From an uncultured Candidatus Saccharibacteria bacterium (GTDB lineage Bacteria > Patescibacteriota > Minisyncoccia > Minisyncoccales > JAGGSE01): 64,000 nucleotides of DNA. Shown in pieces: positions 44,970-54,644 of this stretch. The DNA lies in the NCBI GenBank assembly GCA_964591195.1, contig CAZPZY010000001.1:7111-71110 (forward strand). Reading direction: 5' to 3'. Each line of letters begins with the position of its first letter. Position 1 is the stretch's first letter. Position numbers and translations under genes: made by a program. Under the pieces are notes generated by a model. It worked only from the letters and a program-made list of their open reading frames with translations, searched no databases and was not told the DNA's origin.

Positions 44970-46021
44970 AACGTTTTAGGCCCGAGATTGATAGGATTAT
45001 AAAAAGGTATCTTCCTAAAAGAGCCAGTAAGAGGTGGCTGGCTTTTGCCTTTGGGAGGTCAGGTGTTAGCCAGACAAACCTTAGGGTCGCTCAGGAGTGC
45101 TTTTTGGATCCCCTCTGGAATTTTTTAGAAAGAGGAGGAAAAAGGTGGAGACCGTTTTTTTTCTTATTACTGACCAAAGCCCTTGGAGGCAAGGTGGAAA
45201 AGGTCAAGGAGATCGCTGTTATTCTTGAATTGACCCATCAGGGCTCGCTGATCGTGGATGACCTTGAAGACAACAGCAGATTTAGGAGATCTGCGCCCTG
45301 CCTTCATCGTTTGTATGGTGTAGACGTTGCCATTAATGCCGGCAATTTCCTTTATTTCTTGCCATTTCTAACTTTGGAGAAAAATAAGAACAGGTTTCCC
45401 TGCTCAGTTCTAACCAGGGCGTATCAGGCCTGTATTCAGGAGATGGCCAATGTCCACTTGGGACAAGGAATGGATATCTATTGGCATAGGGGCAAAGGGA
45501 GGAAAATAGAAGAGAAAGAGTATCTGCGGATGGCTTCCTTCAAAACCGGCAGTTTGGCAAGACTGACAGCCCGACTGGCTTGCATTTTTTCTGGAGTTAG
45601 CGAACCAACATCTAAAAAACTGGAGAAGGCAGCGGAGAAGATTGGGGTTGCCTTCCAGATTCAGGATGACATTTTAGATATCACCCTTGGAGAGAAAGAA
45701 AGAAAGAGATTTGGGAAGGAATTTGGCAATGATATCAAGGAGGGGAAAAGGACCCTTATTGTTTTGCGGACATTAAAAAAGGCAAAGCCAAAAGAAAGAA
45801 AACAACTACTTGCCATTTTGGATAAACACCCCAACACGAAAAAAGAGATAAAAAGGGCAATAGAGATTATAAGAAAATATGATGGCGTTGAGCAGGCAAG
45901 AAAGACAGCCCAGCGCCTTTTAGACCAAGGATGGAGGATAATGGATAAAGCCCTTGTTCCTTCAAAAGCCAAGGAAGGCCTCAGGCAACTTGTTTATTAT
46001 CTGGGCAAAAGGGAAATATGA
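44948..46021 (+). CDS. polyprenyl (GGPP/FPP-type) diphosphate synthase
   Basis: First and second Asp-rich motifs LIVDDLEDNS and FQIQDDILD. Confidence 0.85.
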   Translation: MESQKHLKRFRPEIDRIIKRYLPKRASKRWLAFAFGRSGVSQTNLRVAQECFLDPLWNFLERGGKRWRPFFFLLLTKALGGKVEKVKEIAVILELTHQGSLIVDDLEDNSRFRRSAPCLHRLYGVDVAINAGNFLYFLPFLTLEKNKNRFPCSVLTRAYQACIQEMANVHLGQGMDIYWHRGKGRKIEEKEYLRMASFKTGSLARLTARLACIFSGVSEPTSKKLEKAAEKIGVAFQIQDDILDITLGEKERKRFGKEFGNDIKEGKRTLIVLRTLKKAKPKERKQLLAILDKHPNTKKEIKRAIEIIRKYDGVEQARKTAQRLLDQGWRIMDKALVPSKAKEGLRQLVYYLGKREI

Positions 46022-47172
46022 AAACAGACGATTCTCATTTTTACAAACTACCCTTAAAAAAGAAGATAGAATTTATTAAAAGGTTTTCCGGACTGAATAA
46101 AGAGGATCTTGAGATTCTCAAAAGATATCAAGAACTGCCTGATTTCTTTGATATAGAAAGCAATATTGGTCCATTCAAGATTGCTACTAATTTTTTTGTT
46201 GAGGGCAAGGAATATCTGGTACCCATGGAAACAGAGGAGCCCTCAGTGGTGGCAGCTGCCTCAAGAGGGGCAAAACTTGTCAAGGAGGGTGGCGGTTTTA
46301 GGGGCAGGTATTTAGGCAATCAAATGATTGGTCAGATTCAGCTTTTGGGGGCCAAGGACTTTAGAAAGAACAAGAAGAGAATTTTAGAGAATAAGAAAAA
46401 AATCCTTGATACTGCCAATCAGACCAATAGGTTTCTTTTAAGGATAGGAGGAGGGGCAAGAGACATAGTAGTTAAAAAACGGGGGAGGTTTTTGGTTTTA
46501 TATCTGTTTGTTGATACAAAAGATGCCATGGGAGCAAATATTGTTAATACGATGGTAGAGAAAATTTCTCCCCTCTTAACTAAATACACTCATGCCAGGG
46601 TTGGCTTGAGAATTATTTCTAATTTTGCTCCAAAAAGGATTGTTTCTGTTTGGGCAAGGGTGTCCATTGACTCATTAGAACTTAATGGTTTTTCTGGGGA
46701 AGAGGTTGCTGAGGGAATTCTTTCTGCCCAAAAATTAGCTGAACTAGACATATACCGGGCAGTTACCCACAATAAGGGAGTAATGAACGGCATAGATGCA
46801 GTTGCCTTAGCCACAGGCAATGATACCCGAGCAATTGAAGCGGCGGTTCATAGTTTTGCTGCCAGAAAAGGGAAATATCAACCCATAACCTGTTGGAAAA
46901 GAGAAAAGGAATACCTTAGAGGGGAGATTAGAACTCCTCTGCCTATTGCTACAGTAGGTGGAGCAACCTCAACCAAAAAGGCGAAACTAGCCCTAAAAAT
47001 TTTAGGAGTCAAAAATGCCCAGGAACTGGGTATTGTCGCCGGGGCAGTTGGCCTGGCAAACAATCTGGCTGCCCTTTCAGTTTTGGCAACAGAGGGAATT
47101 CAAAGGGGCCATATGAAAATCCATAAAGAGTTTGTCAAGAAGACAAGCCGACCCCGGAGTGGTCAATCTTGA
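46018..47172 (+). CDS. mvaA: hydroxymethylglutaryl-CoA reductase (catalytic domain only)
   Basis: DAMGANIVNTMVE motif and ~385-aa size of archaeal/class-I-like catalytic domain. Confidence 0.8.
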   Translation: MKTDDSHFYKLPLKKKIEFIKRFSGLNKEDLEILKRYQELPDFFDIESNIGPFKIATNFFVEGKEYLVPMETEEPSVVAAASRGAKLVKEGGGFRGRYLGNQMIGQIQLLGAKDFRKNKKRILENKKKILDTANQTNRFLLRIGGGARDIVVKKRGRFLVLYLFVDTKDAMGANIVNTMVEKISPLLTKYTHARVGLRIISNFAPKRIVSVWARVSIDSLELNGFSGEEVAEGILSAQKLAELDIYRAVTHNKGVMNGIDAVALATGNDTRAIEAAVHSFAARKGKYQPITCWKREKEYLRGEIRTPLPIATVGGATSTKKAKLALKILGVKNAQELGIVAGAVGLANNLAALSVLATEGIQRGHMKIHKEFVKKTSRPRSGQS

Positions 47173-48229
47173 TTTTTAGAGGGATAATTCCATTTTTTCT
47201 CCACTCCTTCTTAATTTTATCAGCCCTTTTTTGAGAAGAAACAAGGCAGATGCCACAGTCGCCTCCGCCTGCCCCGGCTATCTTGCCCGCTCCTCCAAAC
47301 CTTTCCGCAATTTCTGAGAGGATTTTTAGTTTTTCTGTTACGATCTCTGTTCCCGATTTCTTACTCAGTTCTTTTAGATATTTTTCATTTTCTTTGATTA
47401 GGTTTAGAATCTGTTTTTTGTTTTTTTCTCTTAAGGACAAAATCATTTTTTTTGTTGTTCTGCTGATGTCTGAAATGATTTTTTTATAAGCTTTTGGCGC
47501 TTTTTTTTGCCAGCTTTTTATTTTTTTTATTAGTTCTGGAGTAGAAGAAGGTCTGCCTGTCCAGCCAACCAAGAGTTTAAGTTCCTTTGGCAGATTTAGT
47601 TTTTCAACATAGAAATTGGGCCAGGGCATTTCAACAATTTTTCTCATATCTCTTTCTTTTTTAACTTGCTTTTTTAGCCAGTTGACATTAATCCCATGGC
47701 AGGCAAGATATCCTCCGTAGACCGAGGCAACAATATCTGCTCCGGAGCCGAGTTTTCCTTGGGCAAAAAAATGAGAAAGAGAGGCCAGTTTGAAGATTTT
47801 CTCTTTTTCTAATTTTTCTTTGTTGAACTTAAGCAAGGCAGCAATAATAGCCACGCTTGAAGCCGCTGAAAAGCCAAAGCCAATCTTTTCTTTGTTCTTA
47901 GCCCAAAGTTCTATCCTGAAGGGTTTCCATTTTCCTAAATACCTCAAACCAACCTCAATTGCTTTTCGGGCGAAGATAAGCAGTTTTTCTTCCTCTGGTT
48001 TTAGTTTCTTCAAAAAGTGCAGGTGGCCCTTTTTAAACTCTGCCTTTAGGTTTTTTAGATTATAGTTCTTTAGGGAAAGATGGATTTTTTTGTCTTGAGA
48101 ATTGGTAATTTTTGCGAAAATTCTTTTTTTAACAGCCACAACAATCGCTGGATTTTCAGGTTCCAATACCGCCCATTCGCCGGAAATAAATAACTTTCCT
48201 GGAACTGAGATGATAAATGACCTAGGCAT
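47135..48229 (-). CDS. mvaK2: phosphomevalonate kinase (GHMP family)
   Basis: N-terminal PGKLFISGEWAVLE (cf. GKLYWAGEYAILE of bacterial PMK); GFGFSAASSVAIIAAL GHMP motif. Confidence 0.7.
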   Translation of the reverse strand: MPRSFIISVPGKLFISGEWAVLEPENPAIVVAVKKRIFAKITNSQDKKIHLSLKNYNLKNLKAEFKKGHLHFLKKLKPEEEKLLIFARKAIEVGLRYLGKWKPFRIELWAKNKEKIGFGFSAASSVAIIAALLKFNKEKLEKEKIFKLASLSHFFAQGKLGSGADIVASVYGGYLACHGINVNWLKKQVKKERDMRKIVEMPWPNFYVEKLNLPKELKLLVGWTGRPSSTPELIKKIKSWQKKAPKAYKKIISDISRTTKKMILSLREKNKKQILNLIKENEKYLKELSKKSGTEIVTEKLKILSEIAERFGGAGKIAGAGGGDCGICLVSSQKRADKIKKEWRKNGIIPLKIKIDHSGVGLSS

Positions 48230-49235
48230 AATTTTTCACCCCTTTTGCTCCTAATCCTACATTAAAAAAATCAAGGTTTAGTTTTTTTAACAATTTGGTT
48301 AATTGTTTCTTGTCTTGATGAAAGCAAATAATTGCCCCTCCCCCTCCTGCTCCTGAAAGTTTGGCTGCGCCTCCTATATTCCTTACCGCCCTTACAATTT
48401 TCTCTATTTTTGGGGTAGAAACCCCCAGAACCCTGAGGGATTCCTGGGCAGTGTTGATTGAATCCTTGATTATTTCTGGGCTTCCTTTTTTAAGCCCCTC
48501 CCGCATTTTATATGTTGCCAGGGCAATATCCTTGATTTTTTCTTCCCTTAGTTTGCTGGACAGATTTCTGACCCTTTGGATAAGTTTGGCTGTTGTCATT
48601 CCCTTTTTTCGAGGGAGCAAAACAAGGACAATCTCTTTTAGAAATGGGGGGAGGTTAATATGGGTCCATTTCCCTTTTTCAAACCAGACGGTCCCGCCAA
48701 AGGTAGAGATAAAATTGTCCCCACCACTTGGCTTTCCGTGGTTGATTTTTTCTATCTCAAAAGCCATTTGATTGATTTCTTTTTTTGAAAGGTGAAATGA
48801 GAGAAACTCAGAAACTGCCTTGGAAAGAGAGACCGAAAGAGAAGCAGATGAGCCCAGTCCCATTCCAACAGGGAAATCGCTTTCTATCTCCAAAGAAAAG
48901 GGCTTTTTTATTTTCGCTTTTTCTAATATCAATCCTATCCCTGCCTTGCTGAGGTTTAAGGGATTTGATTTCAAAAATCTGAAGAGTTTTGAGAAATCGC
49001 CTTTTTTGTTTCCTTCTTGCCACAACTTCTGGCACCTTTTTGCTGTTTCTAATACCTGATTGATTTCAAATTCTCCTTCTTCTCCCAAGGGCTTATTTTC
49101 AATTTTTATTCTTTTTGCTCTCTTAATTTTTACCCTTGTTCTCTTTTCAATAGCCGAGACAATGGCTGGATAGCCATAGCAGACAGCGTGCTCTCCAATT
49201 AGATGTATTTTCCCCGGTGCCGAAGATTCGGCCAT
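48222..49235 (-). CDS. mvk: mevalonate kinase
   Basis: APGKIHLIGEHAVCYG N-terminus; PVGMGLGSSASLSVSL GHMP ATP motif. Confidence 0.85.
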   Translation of the reverse strand: MAESSAPGKIHLIGEHAVCYGYPAIVSAIEKRTRVKIKRAKRIKIENKPLGEEGEFEINQVLETAKRCQKLWQEGNKKGDFSKLFRFLKSNPLNLSKAGIGLILEKAKIKKPFSLEIESDFPVGMGLGSSASLSVSLSKAVSEFLSFHLSKKEINQMAFEIEKINHGKPSGGDNFISTFGGTVWFEKGKWTHINLPPFLKEIVLVLLPRKKGMTTAKLIQRVRNLSSKLREEKIKDIALATYKMREGLKKGSPEIIKDSINTAQESLRVLGVSTPKIEKIVRAVRNIGGAAKLSGAGGGGAIICFHQDKKQLTKLLKKLNLDFFNVGLGAKGVKNYA

Positions 49236-49512
49236 AGAATTGTAGAGTCTATTTCACAAAATGCAAAAACCTTGTTTTGTTTATCTAGCCCCTTTCTGAA
49301 GAGAGGCTTTCAATATCTTTTCTACGAATAAATCTTTCTTTGGTCTTTTTGACGACAATCAAATCTAAATTGCTACCAAGAGCCAATATTATAAAATCTC
49401 AGTTTAATTTTATCAAAAATTAGAACAAAAACAAATAGAGCCTGCCCCTTCCCTTCCCAAATCCTCAAATTTTTGATAGCGTTGCTTAACCTGGTTAAAC
49501 AATGGACAAAAG

Positions 49513-49711
49513 CCCAAAGCTAAAACGCAAGCACAACTTAAAGCGCAAATCTTATCAAATTCGAAACCCAAGATTCAAAACAATGACCAAAGTTCAAAAC
49601 CAAACCAAATCAAAAATCAAAATACAAAATGATAAATCAAAATTCAAAATGAATAAAATAATTTTGCATTTTAGATTATCATTTTGATTTTTGAGATTTG
49701 CATTTTGCATT
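49513..49711. repeat. AT-rich imperfect palindromic intergenic repeat, copy B
   Basis: Right arm AATTTTGCATTTTAGATTATCATTTTGATTTTTGAGATTTGCATTTTGCATT is near-identical to the reverse complement of the left arm of copy C; left side carries an AAAGCGCAAA unit as in copy C. Confidence 0.6.
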
Positions 49712-49861
49712 AAAAATTGTACAAGATTGAAAATCTGAGATTTTTATGATATTATTCTTGATTGTCAGAATCAATGACAAGGCAATTTGCTAAAAGTTTG
49801 CCTTTTGTTTCTGCCTTTTGCTATTTAGGAGGCTGCCATATAGATTGGTTTTTTTTAAGAT

Positions 49862-50014
49862 ATGAAAAAAAGACTTCCCCCGAGTGTCAGAAAGTATATC
49901 AGAAGGGAAAAGGCGCGGATTCGGCGCCAGGTTTTAGATCCATCTCTTCAGGAAAAATTAATTCAGGACCTGTATAAAAAATTTGAAGTGAAGAAAAATG
50001 TTCAAAGAAAATAG
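49862..50014 (+). CDS. possible small basic protein (50 aa), unannotated
   Basis: ATG..TAG ORF translating to MKKRLPPSVRKYIRREKARIRRQVLDPSLQEKLIQDLYKKFEVKKNVQRK; K/R-rich composition like genuine small proteins here; overlaps the next gene start by 17 nt. Confidence 0.3.
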   Translation: MKKRLPPSVRKYIRREKARIRRQVLDPSLQEKLIQDLYKKFEVKKNVQRK

Positions 50015-50897
50015 GATTTGTCAACTTTTAGGAATTAAATATCCGATTATCCAGGGAGGAATGGCTGGAATCTCTAATTCGTCTTTAACCTCAGCGGTTT
50101 CAAATGCTGGGGGGCTGGGGGTTATTGGCTCGGGATTAATGCCTGCTGATTGGCTTGAAAAAGAGATAGAGGCAACGCGAGAGAAAACAAATTTTCCTTT
50201 TGGAGTAAATCTTTTTATTCAAAATCCCAAAATTGAGCAACTGGTAAGGGTGGTAATAGAAAAGAAGGTGCCAGTTGTCTTCACTGGTGGAGGAAATCCG
50301 CTTCCATTATTCCCTTTTTTACACAAGGCAGGGATTAAAATTATTCCTGTTGTTCCTTCGCCGCGATTGGCAGCAAAAATGGAGGACAATGGCGCGGATG
50401 CTGTAGTGGTAGAAGGACTGGAGTCGGGCGGTCATATTGGAGAAAATACCACCTTTTGTCTTATCCCCCAAACAAAACAGGCCTTGAAAAGAATTCCCCT
50501 TATTGCCGCTGGTGGGATTTATGACAAAAGGACAAAGGAAGCCGCTTTTTTGCTGGGAGCAGAAGGGGTCCAGATGGGAACAAGATTTTTGGCTTCAAAA
50601 GAATGCCCTGTTTCTGATGCCTATAAGGAAAAAATTATCAAAGCCAAAAACGATGATATTGAGGTAATCTTAAGATTTACCGGGCATCCGATAAGGGTAA
50701 TTAGGAATCAATTTTCTGAGAGAATGAAGAAAATTGAGAGAATGGGGGCTTTTCCTGAAGAAATAAAAGCGGAAAGAATCGCTGGGGGGCTGTCAGGAAA
50801 AGATGTAGAGAACATTCCCCTAATGGCTGGCTTATGTGCAGCAGAAATCTCTGAGATTAAAAGTTGCCAACAGATAATTGAGGAAATTGCAATTTAG
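49998..50897 (+). CDS. fabK: FMN-dependent NPD/nitronate-monooxygenase family oxidoreductase, FabK-like enoyl-ACP reductase II
   Basis: YPIIQGGMAGISNSSLTSAVSNAGGLGVIG N-terminus as in FabK/NMO TIM-barrel proteins. Confidence 0.65.
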   Translation: MFKENRICQLLGIKYPIIQGGMAGISNSSLTSAVSNAGGLGVIGSGLMPADWLEKEIEATREKTNFPFGVNLFIQNPKIEQLVRVVIEKKVPVVFTGGGNPLPLFPFLHKAGIKIIPVVPSPRLAAKMEDNGADAVVVEGLESGGHIGENTTFCLIPQTKQALKRIPLIAAGGIYDKRTKEAAFLLGAEGVQMGTRFLASKECPVSDAYKEKIIKAKNDDIEVILRFTGHPIRVIRNQFSERMKKIERMGAFPEEIKAERIAGGLSGKDVENIPLMAGLCAAEISEIKSCQQIIEEIAI

Positions 50898-50905
50898 ATT
50901 TTAAT

Positions 50906-51559
50906 ATGAACCGCCTTGTTTCTGGTTTTTGCAGGATAGTTCTCAAGCCCTTGATAGATTGGTGTTTGATAAAGGAGGTAAGAGGTTTGGAAAATGTCCC
51001 CAAAGGTAATTTTATTTTGGCTGCTAATCACCAGAGCCACCTAGACCAGATCTGTACCGGCTATCTCTGTGTTCCCCGAAGGTTTCATATGCTTGGACAG
51101 ACAGACCAGTATAGCGGCTTGCCCAAACTTCTTTTGTATTTTATTTATTTTTTGGCTGGGGTTATCCCAGTAAACAGGAAAAGCAGACAATCAAGAAGCA
51201 GAGCGTTTCAGGAGGCAGTAAAAGCATTAAAAATGGGAGATATTGTCATCCTCTATCCTGAGGGAACAAGGACGAGAACTGGCCAGATTCAGCGGGCATA
51301 TTCCGGGGTGGCAAAGCTCCATCTGATAACAGGTGTGCCTATCTTGCCTGTGGCAATTGACGGCACATTTGAATTGATGCCGCCGGGCAAGGCCTTCCCT
51401 CGGATTAAAAGGATACTTAAGATCAGTGTGGGACCCCCTCTTTATTTTAGGGAAGAGATTGAAAGGGCAAAACTGCTTGATTGTCAGTCCCCTGAATATA
51501 AAACGATTAGTCAAAAAATTACAGACAAGGTAATGGAGAAAATTAAAGAACTGAAGTGA
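50906..51559 (+). CDS. plsC: 1-acyl-sn-glycerol-3-phosphate acyltransferase family
   Basis: H(X)4D motif NHQSHLD and YPEGTRTRTG block III. Confidence 0.75.
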   Translation: MNRLVSGFCRIVLKPLIDWCLIKEVRGLENVPKGNFILAANHQSHLDQICTGYLCVPRRFHMLGQTDQYSGLPKLLLYFIYFLAGVIPVNRKSRQSRSRAFQEAVKALKMGDIVILYPEGTRTRTGQIQRAYSGVAKLHLITGVPILPVAIDGTFELMPPGKAFPRIKRILKISVGPPLYFREEIERAKLLDCQSPEYKTISQKITDKVMEKIKELK

Positions 51560-52149
51560 AAAGGATATTTACCACAGCAAATAAACTTTTTGTTTTTTCA
51601 CTTCTTGAGAGGTTTTTGGTTGAAGAAATTAAGGGGAAGGAAAATATTCCCCAAAAGGGTAATTTTATTGTTGCTTCAAATCATTTGGATACTATGGATA
51701 GTTGGTTGATTGGCCTTGTCTTTAAGAATAGAGCCGAAAGCCTCTGCTTTGTTGCTAGAAGGGATAAAAACCTGAAGCAGATATGGAGGATTTTTATAGA
51801 TTTTTTTGCCCAGCCGATCGTCTTTGAGCGGGGTAGAACATCAAGAAAGGAAATTTTGAAAGAGGTAATAAGGCGGGCAAAGAGGGGCCAGATAATTGTT
51901 TTTTATCCGGAGGGAGATGTGAATAAAAAAAGAATTTTATTAAAAGGCAAAAATGGGGTGGCAGAAGTAGCCAAGAAGACGAGCTTGCCTGTCTTGCCTC
52001 TGGGTATTAGAAAAACAAAAGAGATGAAAAGAAAAATTATTATTGGCAAGCCTCTTTATTCTGACTCTCAAGAGGATGTTAATGGTTTTTTTAGAAAAAT
52101 AATGCTTGAAATCTCAAAACTATCAGGAAAGGCCTATCCCTATGATTAA
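51556..52149 (+). CDS. second lysophospholipid acyltransferase (PlsC-like)
   Basis: SNHLDTMD variant of the HxxxxD motif and FYPEGDV block. Confidence 0.6.
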   Translation: MKRIFTTANKLFVFSLLERFLVEEIKGKENIPQKGNFIVASNHLDTMDSWLIGLVFKNRAESLCFVARRDKNLKQIWRIFIDFFAQPIVFERGRTSRKEILKEVIRRAKRGQIIVFYPEGDVNKKRILLKGKNGVAEVAKKTSLPVLPLGIRKTKEMKRKIIIGKPLYSDSQEDVNGFFRKIMLEISKLSGKAYPYD

Positions 52150-53677
52150 AAAAATCCTTATTGCCAACCGTGGCGAGATTGCCCTAAGAATAATTAGAAC
52201 CTGTAAGAAAATGGGGATTAAAACCGTTGCCCTCTGCCCCCAGAAGGGAGAAGAATCCGACTTTATTGAAACTGCCTTGGCTGATGAGTTTTATTACTTG
52301 GAAAAAGAGGGAATCTCCGGCTATTTGGACATAAAAAGAATTTTGGAGATAGCCAAAAAATCTCAGGTAGATGCTATTCATCCTGGTTACGGATTCTTGG
52401 CTGAAAACTGGCTTTTTGCCAAACTCTGTAGGAGAAAGGGCATAAAATTTATTGGACCCAACCACGGAATTTTGAAGAGATTAGAAGATAAAATTGAGGC
52501 AAAGAAGATAGCCAAAAAAGTAAAAATTCCGGTTTTGCCCTTTAGCCAAAAATCAATCAATTCCCTGAAGGACCTGAAAAAATGGGTTTTGGAAATTAGA
52601 CCACCATTTGTTCTAAAGGCAAGGAAGGGAGGAGGAGGAATTGGGATTCGGGCGATAAATGGCCAGATTTCAATTGGTGAGGTTTTTACCACTGCCTTAG
52701 GGATTAGAAGGCAGATGTCAATGGCGTTTTCCAATACTGAGTTCTTTCTTGAAAAGTATCTTTCTCCGGCAAAGCATATTGAGGTCCAGATTGTCTCTGA
52801 CACCAGAAATTTTGTCCATTTAGGAGAACGGGAGTGCTCAATTCAAAGAAGGTTTCAGAAACTTTTAGAGGAATCTCCTTCTATCTTTCTGGATAAAGAA
52901 ACAAGAGAGAAGATTTTTAATTATGCCCTGAGATTTGCCAGAGCGCTAAGGTACGAAGGAGTAGGAACCATTGAATTTTTGGTCAGCCCCAAGAAAGATA
53001 TTTATTTTATGGAGGTCAATCCTCGGCTTCAGGTAGAGCACCCGATAACAGAAGCCAGAACAGGAATTGACCTGGTAGAACAACAGATACGGATTGCCCA
53101 AGGAGAGCCCTTGAGGTTTAGGCAGGAGGAGATAAGAATTTCAGGTCATGCTATAGAAGCAAGGATTTTGGCTGAAGATCCAGTTAAGGGGTTTGTGCCC
53201 TCAAGTGGACAGATTACCGAGTATTCTCCGCCAACTGGTTCAGGAATTTCCCTTCACACATTTTTGCATAAGGGTCAAAAAATCTATCCCTATTTTGACT
53301 CTCTTCTGGCAAAACTGGTCTCTTTTGGTCAAAATAGAGGAGAAGCCATTTCCCGATTAAAGAGGGCGTTGAGGGAGTTCTCTATCAAGGGAGTGCCGAC
53401 AACAATCCCCTTTTTCAATGCCCTATTGGAAGATAAAAGATTCTTGACAGGAAACTACTTTACTGACTTTATTGAAAAAAGCAGTATCTTGAAAGATATC
53501 TCCGCTTTTCAGGAGAAGAAAGAAATTGTCCCAGAGAGGGTTCCCTCAGAAGAAGAGGTGGCAAAAATTGTTTATCAGTTTTTTAGGAGATTTGAAAGAA
53601 AGGAAACAAGGACAAGAGGGATTTCTTCTTGGCAGATGGCTGAGAGGACAAATTTTTTTCAAGAAGATGAGATTTGA
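52142..53677 (+). CDS. accC: biotin carboxylase (start at MIKKILIANRGEIA)
   Basis: KILIANRGEIALRIIRT N-terminus, ATP-grasp motifs, EVNPRLQVEHPITE. Confidence 0.85.
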   Translation: MIKKILIANRGEIALRIIRTCKKMGIKTVALCPQKGEESDFIETALADEFYYLEKEGISGYLDIKRILEIAKKSQVDAIHPGYGFLAENWLFAKLCRRKGIKFIGPNHGILKRLEDKIEAKKIAKKVKIPVLPFSQKSINSLKDLKKWVLEIRPPFVLKARKGGGGIGIRAINGQISIGEVFTTALGIRRQMSMAFSNTEFFLEKYLSPAKHIEVQIVSDTRNFVHLGERECSIQRRFQKLLEESPSIFLDKETREKIFNYALRFARALRYEGVGTIEFLVSPKKDIYFMEVNPRLQVEHPITEARTGIDLVEQQIRIAQGEPLRFRQEEIRISGHAIEARILAEDPVKGFVPSSGQITEYSPPTGSGISLHTFLHKGQKIYPYFDSLLAKLVSFGQNRGEAISRLKRALREFSIKGVPTTIPFFNALLEDKRFLTGNYFTDFIEKSSILKDISAFQEKKEIVPERVPSEEEVAKIVYQFFRRFERKETRTRGISSWQMAERTNFFQEDEI

Positions 53678-54035
53678 ACTTTTCGGGAAAAATTTTGATG
53701 TTGAGATTTTGGAAAAAGAAGGGGGCGTTTTGATAAGGGTCAATGGGAAGGAGTTCTTTTTCAAAGAAGGAGAAGAAGAGGATAAAAAGGAAAGGGTAGA
53801 ATCCCTTAAAGGGGATTTCGGCCAAGAAAAGGTTTTGGCTCCAATTTCCGGTCAGATTATCAAGATTTTTCAAAAAGAGGGAGCAGAGGTAAAAAGAGGA
53901 GATGTGCTTTTAGTTCTTTCGGCTATGAAGATGGAAAACGAAATTCTTGTTGAAAAAACAGGAAGTGTCAAAAAAATTTTTTTCAAAGAAGGAGACATAG
54001 TAAAAAAGGGAGATGTTTTGGCAATTATAAAATGA
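53667..54035 (+). CDS. accB: biotin carboxyl carrier protein (biotinyl domain)
   Basis: APISGQI...VLSAMKMENEI biotin-attachment AMKM motif; the upstream in-frame extension overlaps accC. Confidence 0.7.
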   Translation: MRFELFGKNFDVEILEKEGGVLIRVNGKEFFFKEGEEEDKKERVESLKGDFGQEKVLAPISGQIIKIFQKEGAEVKRGDVLLVLSAMKMENEILVEKTGSVKKIFFKEGDIVKKGDVLAIIK

Positions 54036-54553
54036 AACTAACTATTAAGACATTTAAAAAGGTAGATTCAACCCAAAAGGTTGCCAAGAAATTGAAAAAG
54101 CCCTTGCCTTGGACAGTCATCCTGGCAGAGGAGCAAACCTCTGGTTATGGCAGAAAGAGAAATTTCTGGTATTCTCCAAGGGGTGGACTTTATTTTTCCA
54201 TTGTTCTGCCTAGTTTGAAGATTGAAAGTACAGAAACCTTAACAATTCTTTCTGCCTTCTCAGTGGCTAAAATTTTGAAAGAGGACTTCAATCTTGAGTC
54301 ATTTATAAAATATCCCAATGACGTCTATGTAGGAGGAAAAAAAATTTGTGGTATAATAACAGAGAACAGGCTTTCAGGAAACAGGGTTTTGTTTTCTGTA
54401 ATGGGCATTGGGCTAAATACCAATCTTGACAGATTTCCCAAAAACCTGGAAAATAAAGCCACATCCCTTAAAATAGAGACAGGAAAGGAGGTTGAGAATA
54501 AAAAATTAATGAAGAAGATAATCAGGCAGTTAAAGAAACAGATTGATTTTTAA
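54032..54553 (+). CDS. birA: biotin--protein ligase, catalytic domain only (no N-terminal HTH)
   Basis: EEQTSGYGRKRNFWYSPRGGLYFS matches the BirA GRGRRGR.W.SP.G.L..S loop; 173 aa. Confidence 0.7.
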   Translation: MKLTIKTFKKVDSTQKVAKKLKKPLPWTVILAEEQTSGYGRKRNFWYSPRGGLYFSIVLPSLKIESTETLTILSAFSVAKILKEDFNLESFIKYPNDVYVGGKKICGIITENRLSGNRVLFSVMGIGLNTNLDRFPKNLENKATSLKIETGKEVENKKLMKKIIRQLKKQIDF

Positions 54554-54565
54554 CCTAATTTGTAG

Positions 54566-54612
54566 TTGCTAACCGCTTTGGTAGCAAGTTTGCTGAGGGA
54601 AGATACCTCAGC
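54566..54612 (+). promoter_or_regulatory. two-hairpin module (TTGCTAACC-N5-GGTAGCAA palindrome + GCTGAGG-N7-CCTCAGC hairpin), inverted copy of the 3' end of the trpS leader
   Basis: Reverse complement of 54576-54612 matches 28745-28780 with 4 mismatches; lies 33 nt upstream of the carboxyltransferase ATG. Confidence 0.3.
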
Positions 54613-54644
54613 AGAAATTACTGAAGAAGTTAGATAACTTAACT

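Noticed and set aside
54566-54587. BirA operator (bioO-like TTGTAAACC…GGTTTACAA) between birA and the carboxyltransferase gene
   Set aside because: The local BirA lacks an N-terminal HTH domain (173 aa, catalytic core only). The half-site spacing (5 nt) is far from the ~15 nt of bio operators. The same motif also occurs upstream of trpS.
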